From the human T2T-CHM13v2.0 reference genome, Homo sapiens: 64,000 nt of DNA. Positions 42,161 to 55,390 of the stretch are shown here, one piece after another. The translations under genes were made by a program, and so were the position numbers. Position 1 is the first letter of the stretch. Each line of letters begins with the position of its first letter. The stretch lies in the NCBI RefSeq assembly GCF_009914755.1, contig NC_060930.1. One strand, 5' to 3'. The notes beneath the pieces are model-generated. The model did not search any database. It was not told the DNA's origin and saw only the letters and a list, made by a program, of their open reading frames with translations.

Positions 42161-42335
42161 AATATTTTGCTAAACACTCTGATGTTGCTAGAAAACACTG
42201 ACTTCTAAAAATCACAGCTTCGTTCAAATCCATAAATTATGAGAGCAGAACAAATTAATTAAGGACATTAAATAGAGGGCACAAATTAAAATGACCAAAC
42301 ATGAGTAGGTAGGGTCAAATGAAGAGTAATCTTTA

Positions 42336-43053
42336 CAGTAGAACCCTTCATCTGCAGTTTTACTTTCTGCAATTGCAGTTACCCACAGTCAACCACAATA
42401 TTAAATGGAAAATTCCAGAAATAAATAATTCATAATTTTAAATTCTCCACCATTCCGAGTAGTTATGATGAAATCTCACACTGGCCAGCTCCATTCTGCC
42501 CACGACATGAATTTTCCCTTTGTCCAGAGTCTCCACGCTGCAGATGCTCCTGACCCTTTAGTCAGTAGCTGTCTGGCTTACGGGATCAACCGTCCTGGTA
42601 TCCCAGTGTTTGTGTTCAAGTCGCCCTCACTTTACTTAATAATGACAGTAACGCACAACAGTAGTGATGCTGGCAATTCAGATACACCAAGAGGCCGTAA
42701 AGCACTTCCTTTAAGTGAAATGGTGAAAGTTCTCAACTTGATAAGGAAAGAAAAAACAATTGTCTGCTGAGGTTGCTAAGATCAGCAGTAAGAACAAATT
42801 TTCTGTCCATGAAACCGTGAAGAAGGAAAAATAAATCTGTGCTAGTTTGCCATCCGACCTCAAACTATACAAGTTACAGCCGCAGCACAAGATAAGTGCT
42901 TCTCTAAGATGAGAAAGGCATTAACATGTAAGGGTGGCAGTCATGTACAGAAACCAGTTCCAATTGATGGCAACAGGGTTTGGTATTATCAGTGGTTTCA
43001 GGCATCCACTGGGGTTCATGAAATGCATATCAGTGCATACAGGGAAACTACTG
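42336..43053 (+). mobile_element. MER44 (Tigger7-derived, TcMar) DNA transposon, MER44C/D size
   Basis: TA|CAGTAG...CTACTG|TA termini with TA TSD; 'aatattaaatggaaaattccagaaataaa'; 718 bp. Confidence 0.85.
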
Positions 43054-44988
43054 TACTTACTGGAATGGAAAGGGTTTTGAATAAAAAGAAAGATGAGGGT
43101 GAGACAATGTTAGTACATTTCTGTAATCTGTCATGGAACTATCATTTTAGTTGGATTTATAAAAAGAACATTTTCACATTGACATCAGTGGCATTTAAGA
43201 ATAAGCTAGAATAGGGAACAAGTATTTTTGCATTTGATAGAAGAAACTGGATCCTCAACTTCAATGAAGGTATTCAGTTCAAACTTACGATATACGGCTG
43301 ACCGACTACCCCCAAGAGGAAGAATAAACAGACCCATGGTCTATGGGTTTTGAATAAATTGAGATATCATTAAACAAAAATCTAAAAGAGTTAGAATCTT
43401 AGGAGTTACAGAAATCACAACTTCTAAAACCAATGGCATCACTTTGTTTAAACAAACGAACAAATACCAAAATGTCTATCTCATCCAGGGTAATAATTGA
43501 GAAATCTCATGGAGACTGAGATGAGGAGAGGAAAAAAAAAAAACCACATCAGAAGAAAAATGAGAAGGCTGAGCAGAGGAAAGATTGAAGTCCTCCTGTG
43601 TACTGTCATCTACTTCAACCTGTGGCTAGTAGCAAAATACTCCCTGCTGCTCAATTCGTTTAACTATTTGCCTTGCCTTGCTTCATAGAACACGTGTTTG
43701 GCTTCATGCTAAAAGTATTCCCAGATATATGAAGAAAACAGAACAAACTCACCCCTTAGCTTTCTTTCAAGCTATGAAAGTGATTTCTGAAAACTCCTGA
43801 GGTGCCTATGATAACACGTGTGACTGTTGTTTAATATACATATTTATATATTTTTAAGTTGAAGTGTAGAAAATTATGTGGCTCGATTTTTTCTGGTTTT
43901 CTTTTTAATATTCTCACCACTGGCTGGTGATGAACAGGGTAGGGAAGAAATGCCTAAGTCCTATCTGACAGTTATCTTTTTCAAAATGCTCACCTCCTTT
44001 TTGTATTGAGGCTCTACAGTTTTGAAAGTTTACTTCAGAAAATCAAGTAAGTGGAAAGGAACTCAGTGGCCTTCACTTTGCTTTTATTTCTCTTGAATCC
44101 AGACCTAAAACATAGGAGCACCAAGCTGCCTTTTCAAGTTTTAAAATTCTGTTTGAAGTGACAATCACGATATCCCCAGAACCAGTATCAATGCTAAGTG
44201 ATAACACCATCAAGTTCCTTCTAGAAAGTAATTAAGTACTTCTTGACTTACATAGAGTTCCTTTTGTTTCTCATGGGAAAGGAAGAATAGTTTGAAGCAC
44301 GTTCTATCATAAAATTCCTAATAAACAGCCCAAATGTGATCTGAAAATTGTTTTAAGTTCCAAGATGTAACATAAGAAATTTCATGTACCACCTCTACTT
44401 TTAAAAATAATCTCAATCCTACCAAATAAATCATTTTATAAACCATAGAGAACGCTCTTGACATTAGTAATATGTATAACATCTGAGGAGGAGACTTGGA
44501 ACTACTTCGTGCTTGACAGTTTGAACAAATTCCAAGGGGAGTATGATGAAGGAGAGGGATGGGCATGAGGACAGCTACTACCCTGGGCACCTAGTGATTT
44601 GACAGAGCATCTAGGAGAGTAGAGCCCACAGATTTTTCAGATCAAGCACTAAGAATTTCCTAACTTCCAGGCCCAGAGCTACTTATAGGCCAAATAGTGA
44701 AACAAGATAAATGTTTCTTTTGAAGTCCTCAATGGCCCTTTAATCACTTAAAATGAGTCTGTCGGTCAATTACTGAATTCATATATTCAACATTAACTGA
44801 GTTACTAGTTGGCCAGGAATTAAGAAACAAGATTGGAATATGACACACCCTTTGTACTCTAAGAGCCATCAGTGTATTGGGTGGACTGGACAATTACATC
44901 CCCAGAAACAGACCAGTGAGAAAAGGAAGCTTTCTCTAAAACCTCCCACTGTAGAAGCCCCCTTCAGGCTCTGGGAAGAGCCCTAGGA

Positions 44989-45935
44989 CAGGCATACTGC
45001 ATTTCATTGTGCTTTGCTTTACTGTGCTTCACAGATACTATGGTTTTTTTTTAGAAATTGAAGGTTTGTGGCACCCCAGCAGCAAGCAAGTCTATCAGCA
45101 CCATTTTTCCAACAGCATGTGCTCACTTGGTGTCTGTGTGTCAAATTTTCACGATATTCAAAATACTTTTTCATCATTATATCTGTTATAGTGATCTGTA
45201 ATCAGTGATCTTTGATGATATTACTGTCATTGTTTGGAGAGCTACAAACCATGAGATGGTGAACTTAATTGATAAACATTGTGTGTGTTTTGACTCCTCC
45301 ACCAACTGGCTGTTCCCCGATCTCTCTCCTTGAGCCTCCTTATTCCCTGAGACACAACAGAATTTAAATTAGACCAACTAACAACCCTACAATGGCCTCA
45401 ATGGCCTTCCTTTTGTTCAAGCAAAAGGAAGAGTCACATACCTCTAACTTTAAATCAAAAGCAAGGAATAATTAAGCTTAGTGAGGAAGGCACGTCAAAA
45501 GCTGGGACAGGACTGAAGCTAGGCCTCTTGCACTAGTTAGCCACGTTGTTAATGCAAAGCAAAAGCTCTTCAAGGAAATTATAAGTTCTACTCCAGTGAA
45601 CACATGAGTGATACAAAAGAGAAACAGCTTTATTGCTGATAGGAGAAAGCTTTAGTGATCTAAGACAGAAGATTAAATCAGCCACAATGGTCCCTCACGT
45701 CAAAGCCTATCCAGAACAAGGCTCTAATTCTCTTCAATTCTATGAAGGCTGAGAGAGGTCATGAGGAAGCTGCAAAAGAAAAGTCTGAAGCTAGTAGAGG
45801 TTAGTTCATGAAGTTTAAGGAAAGACGCCATCTCCACAACATAAAAGCTCAATGTGAAGCAGGAAGAGCTGATATAGAAGCTGCAGGAAGTTATCCAGAT
45901 GATCTAGCAAAGATGATTCACGAAGGTAGCTACAC
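44989..45935 (+). mobile_element. Tigger1 5' portion (truncated; CENP-B-like HTH region decayed)
   Basis: 'caggcatac...attgtgctttgctttactgtgcttcacagatac' and 'aaaggaagagtcacatacctctaactttaaatcaaaagc'. Confidence 0.88.
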
Positions 45936-46170
45936 CTGGTGCTTTCTGGCACTATAAATTTGACTACTCATATAAGTGGGATCATATAATATTTGTCCGT
46001 TTGTAACTAGCTTATTTCACTGAGCATAATTTCCTCAAGGTTCAACCACGTTGTAGCATATGTCAGAACTTTCTTCTTTTGTAAGGCTGAATAATATTTT
46101 ATTCTATGACTAGATCCCATTTTGTTTATCCATTCTTCTGTTCATGGACACTTTTGCTGCTTCCACATTT
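45936..46170 (-). mobile_element. L1MA/MB-type 3'UTR fragment
   Basis: 'cttatttcactgagcataatttcctcaaggttcaaccacgttgtagcatatgtcaga'. Confidence 0.75.
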
Positions 46171-47887
46171 GGCCATGAACAGACCAACAATGAGTTCCAC
46201 ACTGAATCAGTAATAACAAAAAGCCTACCAACCACAGAAAAGGTCCTGTGTATGTGAATACAAAGCCAAACTCTAACAGATGTACAAATAAGAGCTGGTA
46301 CCAATCCTAGTGAAACAACTCCAAAAAAAATTCAAGGAGGAGGGACTGCTCTGTAACTCATTCTACAAAGACTACATCTCCCTGATAGCAAAATCTGGCA
46401 AAGACACAATGCAAAAAGAAAACTATAGTCTAATATCCCTGATGAACATAGATGGAAAAATCCTCAACAAAATACTAGCAACCCAAATCCAGCATCATAT
46501 CACAAAGTTAATTCGCCACAATCAAGTAGGCTTTATTCTTGGGATAAATCCACATAAAAGACCACATAAAAAAAGGTCTTTTTAAATGTTCATCTCAATA
46601 AACATACAGAAAAGTTTCAATAAAATCCAACATCCCCTCATCATAAAAGCCCTCAACAAACTAGGCACTGGGAGAACATACCTCAAAGTAGTTAAGAGCC
46701 ATCTATAACAAATCCACAGCCAACATCATACTAGCAGGCAAAAGCTAGAAGCTTTTGCTTCTAGTTTAATAACTGAAACAAGACAAGAATGTCCACTCTT
46801 ATCACTCTTATTTAGCATAGTACTGGATGATGTAACCAGAGCAACTGGGCAAGAGAAAGAATTATAAAAGACACCAAAATAGGAAAAGAAGTCAAATTAT
46901 CGCTCATCACTGATGATATAATTCTGTATGTAGAAAACCCTAAACAATCTACCAAAGGCTCCTAGAACTGATAAATGGCATCAATAAAATTTCAAGATAC
47001 AAAATAAATGTACAAAAATCAATAGTGTTTCTATATACCAACAGTATTCAAACCAAGCGCCAAATCAAGAATGCAATCCCATTTACAATAGCCACAAAAA
47101 TAAAAAAAAATACCTAGGAATGCATCTAACTAAGGAAGTGAAAGATAGCTACAAAGAGAACTATGAAACACTGAAAGAAATGATTACATAACACAGAGAA
47201 ACTGAAAATTCTATGCTTATGAATTGAAAGAAACAATATAATTAAAATGGCCTTATCACCCAAAGTAATCTACAGATTCAGTGCCATTCCCATCAAACTA
47301 TCAACGTCATTTTTCACAGAATTAGAAAAAACTATTCTAAAATTCATATGGAACCACATAAAAGCCCAAATTGCCAAAACAATCCTAAGCAAAAAGAACA
47401 TGGCTGGAGGCATCACACTATCCAATTTCAAACTATGCAACAAGGCTACAGTAACCCAAACAGCACAGTACTGGTACAAAAACAGACACATAGAGCAATG
47501 AATAGAATAGAGAACCCTTAAATAAAGCCACAAACCTATAGTAATCTGATCTTCAACAAAGTTGACAAAAGTAAGCAATGGAGAAAGGACTCCCTATTCA
47601 ATAAATGAGGCTGTATTAACTGGCTAGCTATATGCAGAAGAAAGAACCTAGACCCCAACCTATCACCAAATTTTAAAAATTAACCCAAGAGAGATTAAAG
47701 ACTTAAATATAGGACCTAAAACTATAAAAATCTTATAAGAACCCTAGGAAATACCCTTGTGAACATCAGACTTGGCAAATAATTTATGACTCAGTTTTCA
47801 AAAGTAATTGCAATAAAAACAAAAATTGACAAAAAACCTAACTAAAGAGCTCTGCACTGAAAAATAAACTATTAACAAACAGACCAT

Positions 47888-48319
47888 TGTGACGGTTAAT
47901 ACTAAGTGTCAACTTCATTGAAGGTACAAAATATTAATCCTGGGTGTGTCTGTGAGGGTGTTGTCAAAGGAGATTACCATTTGAGTCAGTGGGCTGGGGA
48001 AGACGGGCCCACTCTTAATAAGGTGGGCACCATCTAATCAGCTTCCAGCGAATATAAAGCAGGCAGAAAGACATGAAAAGGTGAGACTGGCCTAGCTTTC
48101 CAGCCTACATCTTTCTCCCATGCTGGATGCTTCCTGCCCTGCAACATCAGACTCCCAGTTATTCAGTTTTGGGACTCAGACTGACTCTCCTTGCTCCTCA
48201 GCCGGCAGAGGGCCTATTGTTGGACCTTGTGATGGTGTGAATTAATACTTAATAAACTCCTCACTATGGATATATATCTCCTATTAGTTTTGTCCCTCTA
48301 GAGAACCCTGACTAATACA
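47888..48319 (+). mobile_element. 5' LTR (MLT2A1-type)
   Basis: 'tgtgacggttaatactaagtgtcaac...gaatataaagcaggcag...aataaactcc...gagaaccctgactaataca'. Confidence 0.93.
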
Positions 48320-48324
48320 GATTT

Positions 48325-48339
48325 CTGTACCAGGAGTGG
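48325..48339 (+). promoter_or_regulatory. Degenerate tRNA-Leu primer-binding site
   Basis: 'ctgtaccaggagtgg' just after the 5' LTR versus the expected TGGTACCAGGAGTGG. Confidence 0.7.
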
Positions 48340-48344
48340 TTCCA

Positions 48345-50053
48345 GAGGAACAGAATATTAAAAATGAAGTTCTTTCGTTGGTTTTGGGGTTCCTGGAGTT
48401 GGCTGCTTAATATGATTAGACCCCAAAACGCTAAGGATTCTACTTCTAACAATATGGAGAACACCAATAGTCCTTGGCATAAACTGTTTAGAAAGTTATG
48501 CAAAATAAATACATTTGACACTCCTGATTCACCGCTTGTAAGAGGCAAGGAGTTTAGTGACTCTATACATAATACCTTTGACCATATGTGGAGAACCAAG
48601 GAACATAATGAAGTTGGTTGGTTGCTCCTAAGTTCATTGAACAAAGTGATGAAAAAAATGATGAACCCAGGGATTCTGTCTCCTGGCTTCAGAAGCAGAT
48701 ACAAAGCCTCAAATCTGCTAAGATTGCCCTGAGTCAGAGTCTTATCTCCTGCAGAGGAAGAGCTGAAATTGTGGAAAAACAGACACAAGCTCTTATCATG
48801 CAAGTGGCTAACCTGCAATGAAAGATGCATGCACAGCCTCGCCAGGTGTCTGCTGTTAAAGTGAGGGCATTGATTGGAAAAGAATGGGACCCTGATACTT
48901 GGAATGGGGACATAGAGGAGGACCCTGATGAAGCTGGGGACACCAAGTTTGTAAACTCTGAGGAACCTTTTTTGCCAGAAGAAACAGCTTCCCCATCCCC
49001 AGTGGTGGCAACATCCCCTCCCTGACCCATGCTGCCATCAGCCTTTCCACCTTTGTCTCAGGAGATAAACCCTGCACTGCTTGAGGCAACAGTGATGGCC
49101 TCCCGAGGCAGCTGCCAGGGAAAATGATGTTGATTCTCCTCAGGAGCCACCCCCAATACTCGTTTGCTTCTAGACCTATAATAGTCTGAAGTCCCGGCGA
49201 GCCCCTAGAGGTAAAGTTGAGAGTGTGACCCATGAGGAGGTGCACTACACTTGAACTGTTTGAGTTATCTAATTTATATAAACATAAATCTGGAGAACAG
49301 GCATGGGAATGGATATTAAGGGTATGGGATAATGGTGGAAGAAACATAAAATTGGATCAGGCTGAATTTACTGATTTGGGCCCACTAAGTAGGGAGTCTA
49401 TTTTTAATGTTGCAGCTCGGGGAGTTAAAAAAGGTCCTAACAGTTTATATGTTTGGTTAGTTGAAATATGCATTAAAAATGGCCTACTATGAGGAAGATG
49501 GAAATGCCTGATCTCCCTTGGGTTAACGTAGAGGAAGGGATCCAAAGGCTTAGGGAAATTAGGATGGTGGAGTGGATTAGACACTTTAGACCTACTCATC
49601 CCAGCCTTAGAGGGTCCAGAAGATACACCCTTGACCAATTCTTTGCGAAATAGATTTGTGAGGGCAGCACCTGCATCTTTGAAGAGCCTTGTAATTGCTC
49701 TTCTCTGTACATCAAATCTAACAGCGGGAACCACAGTCACTCAAATACCAAATTTAAATACAATGGAAATAACTGGATCCCAAGGTGGCAGGGGCCAAGT
49801 GGTGGTACTCAACGGTCAAAGGCAAAGTGGGTGTAGATACTATAATGGACAGCAGAGACAAAACAGCAATCAGAATATTCTTACTCGTGTAGAGCTCTGG
49901 CATTGGCTAACTAATCATGGTGTTCCTAGAAGTGAAATTGATAGGAAGTCTACTGTATTCCTACTTAATTTTTCTAAGGAGAAAACTTCTAGGTCAAATG
50001 GACAAAAGAGTAATTTAAATTATAAAAACAGACAATTATGGCCCCTCAATTAA
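48345..50053 (+). pseudogene. gag: HERV-L gag pseudogene
   Basis: KVRALIGKEWDPDTWNGDI; GEQAWEWILRVWDNGGRNIKLDQAEF; multiple frameshifts. Start approximate. Confidence 0.88.
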
Positions 50054-50199
50054 TTTCCAGACTTTAGCCAGTTTACAGACCCAGAACCCCTTGAATGAAG
50101 GGGAGGACGGGTCCCCTTGAAGAAGGACCCCACTATATTACCAACAGTTTATGCGGTGAATCTTTCTCTCATCCTTCCCCAAGGAGACCTCCGGCCTTT

Positions 50200-53150
50200 T
50201 ACCAAGGTAACTGTGTACTGGGGAAAGGAAATGATCAGACCTTTTGGGTACTAGTGGACACTGGCTCTGAGCTGATGTTGATTCCAGGGGACTCAAACAT
50301 CATTGTGGTTCTCCAGTTAAAGTAGGAGCTTATGGAGGTCAGGTAATTAATGGAGCTTCAGCTCAGGTCTAACTTACATTGGGTCTAGTGGGTCCCTGGA
50401 CTCATCCTGTGGTCATTTCCCCAGTGTCAGAATGCACAATTGGCATAGATGTACTTAGCAGCTGGCAGAACCCCCACATTGGCTCCTTGACTGGGAGGGT
50501 GAGGGCTATTATGGTGAGAAAGGTCCAATGGAAGCCATTAGAGCTGCTTCTAGCTAGAAAAATAGTAAATCAAAAATAATATCACATCTCTGGAGGGACT
50601 GCAGAGATTAGTGCCACCATCAAGGACTTGAAAGACGAGGGGTGGTGATTCCCACCACATCCCCGTTCAACTCTCCCATTTGGCCTTTGCAGAAGTCAGA
50701 CGGATCTTGGAGAATGACAGTGGATTATCGTAAGCTTAACCAAGTGGTGAGTCCAATTGCAGCTGCTGTACCAGATGTGGTTTCACTGCTTGAGCAAATT
50801 AACACATCTCCTGGTACCTGGTATGCAGCCATTGACTTAGCAAATGCCTTTTTCTCCATTCCTGTCCATAAGGCCCAGCAGGAGCAATCTGACTTCAGCT
50901 GGCAAAGCCAGCAATATACCTTTACTGTGTTACCTCAGGAGTACATCACCTCTCCGGCTTTGTGTCACAATCTTATTCGGAGAGACCTTGATCATTTCTT
51001 GCTTCTGCAAGGTATCACACTGGTCCACTACACTGATGACATTATGCTGATTACATCCAGTGAGCAAGAAGTAGCAAACCCACTAGACTTATTGGTAAGA
51101 CATTTGTGTGCCAGAGGATGGGAAATAAATCCGACTAAAATTCAGGGATCTCCTAACCTCAGTAAAATTTCTAGGGGTCCAGTGGTCTGGGGCCTATCAA
51201 GATATTCCCTCTAAGGTGAAGAATAAGTTGCTGCATTTGGCCCCTCCTACAACCAAGAAGGAGGCACAATGCCTACTGAGCCTATTTGGATTTTGGAGGC
51301 CACACATTTCTCATTTGGTTGTGTTACTCCAGCCCATTTATTGAGTGACCCAAAAGGCTGCCAGTTCTGAGTGGAGTCCAGAACAGGAAAAGGCTCTGCA
51401 ACAGGTCCAGGCTAACATGCAAGCTGCTCTGCCACTTGGACTATATGACCCAGCAGATCCAATGGTGCTTGAGGTGTCAGTAGTAGACAGGGATGCTGTT
51501 TGGAGCCTTTGGCAGGTCCCCATAGGTGAACCACAGCGGAGGCCTCTAGGATTTTGGAGCAAGGCCCTGCCATCTCCACCAGATAACTACTCTCCTTTTG
51601 AGAGACAGCTATTGGCCTGGTACTGGGCTTTGGTGGAAACTGAATGTTTTGACTATGGGTCATCAAGTCATCATGCGACCTGAACTGCCCATCATGAACT
51701 GGGTGTTTTCTGACCCATCTAGCCATAAAGTGGGTCATGCACAGCAGCATTCTATCATCAAATGGAAGTGGTATATACATGATCAGGCTCCAGCAGGTCC
51801 TGAAGGCACAAGTAAGTTACATGAGGAAGTGGCTAAAATGTCCATGATCTCCACTCCTGCCATCTGCCTTCTCTTCCCCAGTCTGTCAGTCTGTACCGAT
51901 GGCCTCATGGGGAGTTCCCTATGATCAGTTGACAGAAGAAGAGAAGGCTAGGACCTGGTTCACAGATGGTTCTGCACGATATGCAGGCACCACCCAAAAG
52001 TGGATAGCTGAGGCACTACAGCCCTTTTCTAGGACATCCCTGAAGGACGGCGGTGAAGGGTAATCTTCCCAGTGGGCAAAACTTTGAGCAGTGCACCTGG
52101 TTGTACACTTTGAATGGAAGGAGAAATGGCCAGATGTGTGATTATATACGGATTCATGGACTGTAACCAACGGTTTGGGTGGATGGTCAGGGACTTGGAA
52201 GAAGCATGATTGGAAAATTGGTGACAAAGCAATTTGGGGAAGAGGTATGTGGATGGATCTCTCTGAGTGGTCAAAAACTGTGAAGATATTTGTATGCCAC
52301 GTGAGTGCTCACCAATGGGTGACCTCAGCAGAGGAGGAGTTTAGTAATCAAGTGGATAGGATGAACCGTTCTGTGGACACCACTCAGCCTCTTTCCCCAG
52401 CCACCCCTGTCATCGCCCTATGGGCCAATGAACAAAGTGGCCATGGTGGCAGGGATGGAGGTTACGCATGGGCTCAGCAACACTGGACTGAGTGTCCAAT
52501 TTGCCAGCAGCAGACACCAACACTAAGCCCTCGATATGGCACCATTTCTCAGGGTGATCAGCTAGCTACCTGGTGGCAGTTGATTATATTGGGCCTCTTC
52601 CATCATGGAAAGGGCAGAGGTTTGTTCTCAATGGAATATACACTTACTCTGGATATAGGTTTGCCTATCCTGCATGCAATGCTTCTGCCAAGACTACTGT
52701 CCGTGGATTCACAGAATGCTTTATCCACCATCATGGTAATCCACACAGCAGTGCCTCTGACCCAGGCACTCACTTTATGGCTAAAGTAGTGCAGCAGTGG
52801 GCTGATGTTCATGGAATTCACTGGTCTTACCATGTTCCCCATCATTCTGAAGCAGCTGGATTGATAGAACAGTGGAATGGCCTTTTGAAGTCACAATTAC
52901 AACACCAACTAGGTGACAATATTTTGCAGGGCTGGGGCAAAGTTCTCCAGAAGGCTGTGTATGCTCTGAATAAGTGTCCAGTATATGGTACTGTTTCTCC
53001 CATATTCAGGATTAATGGATCCAGGAATCAAGGGGTGGAAGTGGAAGTGGCACCACTCACCATCACCCCTAGTGATCCATTAGCAAAATTTTTGCTTCCT
53101 GTTCCTGAGACATTACATTCTGCTCTCCTAGAGGTCTTATTTCCAGAGGA
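50200..53150 (+). pseudogene. pol: HERV-L pro-pol pseudogene (protease, RT, RNase H, integrase)
   Basis: Protease LVDTGS; [31 protein letters not shown]; RNase H WFTDGS; integrase VDYIG, SDPGTHF, GLIE. Confidence 0.92.
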
Positions 53151-53440
53151 AGAAACACTGCCACCAGGACTCACAACAATGATTCCATTAAACTGGAAGA
53201 TTGCCACAGGGACACTCTGGGCTCCTCCTACCTTTAAGTCAACAAGCTAAGAATGGAGTTACAGTGTTGACTGGGGTGACTGACCCAGACTATCAAGATG
53301 AAATCAGTCTATTACTCCACAACGAAGGTAAGGAAGAGTATGCATGGATTACAGGAGATCCGTTAGGGCATCTCTTAGTATTACCATGCCCTGTGATTAA
53401 AGTCTATGGGAAACTATAAGCCCTGTGATTAAAGTCAATG
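53100..53440 (+). pseudogene. HERV-L dUTPase remnant
   Basis: GVTVLTGVTDPDYQDEISLLLHN downstream of integrase, the position characteristic of ERV-L dUTPase. Confidence 0.8.
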
Positions 53441-53946
53441 AGAAACTACAATAGCCCAATCCAGGCAGGACTACAAATGGTCCAGACCCCTCAGGAATGA
53501 AGGTTTGGGTCACTCCACCAGGGAAAAAACCATGACCTGCTGAGGTGCTTGCTGAAGGCCAAGGAAATACAGAATGGGTAGTAGAAGAAGGTAGTCATCA
53601 TACCAGCTACGACCACATGACCAGCGGCAGAAATGAGGACTGCAACTGTCATGAGTATTTCCTCCTCCTTTTGTTAAAAACATGATTGTGCATGTATACA
53701 CTTGTACTAATATCTTTATTTCCTTTTCTTTTATCATGTTACATAAGATTTACTGACTTCATATCGGCATTGAAGTATTGTTCACTTTATGGAATAGTAT
53801 TTGGGTTGGAGATTGGTGCATCTCCTGTTGTACGAAGGATAGCTGTATTATGTTAGGCGTAATTATGACTTTATTATTGTCTTTATTTGAACATTGCCTA
53901 TGATCGCAGGAGACGTGTATGGGTTCAAGTTGACAAGGGGTGGACT

Positions 53947-54400
53947 TGTGATGGTTTATACTGAGTGTCAACTTGATTGGATTGGAGGATGCAAAGTATT
54001 AATCCTGGGTGTGTCTGTGAGGGTGCTGCCAAAGGAGATTAACATTTGAGTTAGTAGGCTGGGGAAGGCAGACCCACCCTTAAGCTGGTGGGCACCATCT
54101 AATCAGCTTCCAGCAAATATAATACAGGCAGAAAAACGTGAAAAGGTGAGACTGGCCTAGCCTCCCAGCCTACATCTTTCTCCCATGCTGGATGCTTCCT
54201 GCCCTGGAACATGGGACTCCAGGTTCTTCAGTTTTGGGACTCAGACTGGCTCTTCTTTCTCCTCAGCTTGCAGACAGCCTACTGTGGGAACTTGTGATTG
54301 TGTAAGTTAATACTTTAAGTAAAATCCTCTTTATATATGTGTGTGTGTGTGTGTACACACACACCCTATTAGTTCTGTTCCTCTAGAGACCCCTGAAACA
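53947..54400 (+). mobile_element. 3' LTR (MLT2A1-type), preceded by polypurine tract 'acaaggggtggac'
   Basis: 'tgtgatggtttatactgagtgtcaacttgattggattgg...ctctagagacccctgaaaca'. Confidence 0.93.
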
Positions 54401-54999
54401 ACCACCAAGAAAGTGGGAGACAATATTTGCAAACTATGCATCCAAAAAAGGTCTAATAACCAGAATCTATAAAGAACTTAAACAAACCAACAAGTGAAAA
54501 ACAAATAACCACATTAAAAGTGGGCAAATGACATGAACAGAAAAACTACCTATTGAGTACTATGCTAACTTCCTACTGAGTACTATGCTCACTACCTGGG
54601 TGATGGGATCAATTGTCAAACTTCAGCATCATGCAACAGACCCATGTAAAACACCTGCACATGTACCCCCACGAATCTAAAATAAAAGTTAAAATTTAAA
54701 AATAGTTTCCAGCAAAACTTTATTCTTTGATGCTCCACAAACGTAATATAGATATAAAAAGTTTTTGCTTCAATTTTAAAAATTTGAGCCACTGCATTAA
54801 GATATGTTTAAGTCATCAGTTGATACTGACATGACAAACCATCAAATAAGTGTGCTGATGTTTTGGAGAGGCATCAATCAACCAGGGAGACTGAAACTTC
54901 ACTGATATTTTCAAACCAAACAATACTATGAAAATTCATTCAAAATATATATTATCAAATCTCCTTCAAACCTTTCAATAACTTGACATTGCTTGCAGC

Positions 55000-55390
55000 A
55001 TGAAATCCTCAATCTTTATACATGTCCCAAAAGGCCTTGCATGACAGGTCCTTGACCACTTCTCCATCCTCCTCCTCTACATGGGAGCCTTTCCATCACT
55101 TCCTTCCTCTCCCTTCTATTTAATCAACTCTAGTCATTCTTTGTGCCTCTGCTTAAACTCTGGTGTCTCAGGGAACCCTTTCCAAACCCCCAGAGGAGAT
55201 CACATACTCTAACTACATGCACTCATTGTACGTTGCCCTTTCCTTTTAGCACTTGTATAACTGATTTCAGTTATATTTATGGTCTAATTGGTTGCTTACT
55301 ATTTTTGCCCCATTTAGATTCAAAGCTCCATTATAGCTGAATCTGTGTCTAATGCTTAGCAAGCGTTATGCACATACTAGATATTTGGTA
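55000..55390 (+). mobile_element. L2 3' fragment (source of the inverted duplication)
   Basis: 'aaggccttgcatga...ccccatttagattcaaagctccat...cacatactagatatttgg' resembles the L2 3' region. Confidence 0.6.

Larger units (their letters stand above)
47888..54400 (+). mobile_element. Full-structure HERV-L provirus (LTR-gag-pro-pol-dUTPase-LTR, no env)
   Basis: Two MLT2A1-type LTRs; 5-bp TSD ACCAT (47883-47887) / ACCAC (54401-54405); PBS and polypurine tract present; retroviral motifs in ORF fragments. Confidence 0.96.
46172..54700 (+). mobile_element. 5'-truncated old primate L1 (L1PA15-16/L1PB-like) split by HERV-L
   Basis: ORF2 fragments at 46310 and 47247; ORF2 resumes at 54401; 3' end 'cctgcacatgtacccc...aatctaaaataaaagtt'. 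Confidence 0.82.

Noticed and set aside
43748-43810. Minus-strand exon-like segment with GGG|GTGAGT
   Set aside because: Weak acceptor and stops in all three frames.
45936-46200. Possible twin-priming L1 inversion
   Set aside because: The minus fragment is a 3'UTR of a different, older L1 type rather than the ORF2 segment adjacent to 46172.
53450-53946. Possible env gene in the provirus
   Set aside because: Only ~500 bp between dUTPase and the 3' LTR, with no env motifs; HERV-L lacks env.
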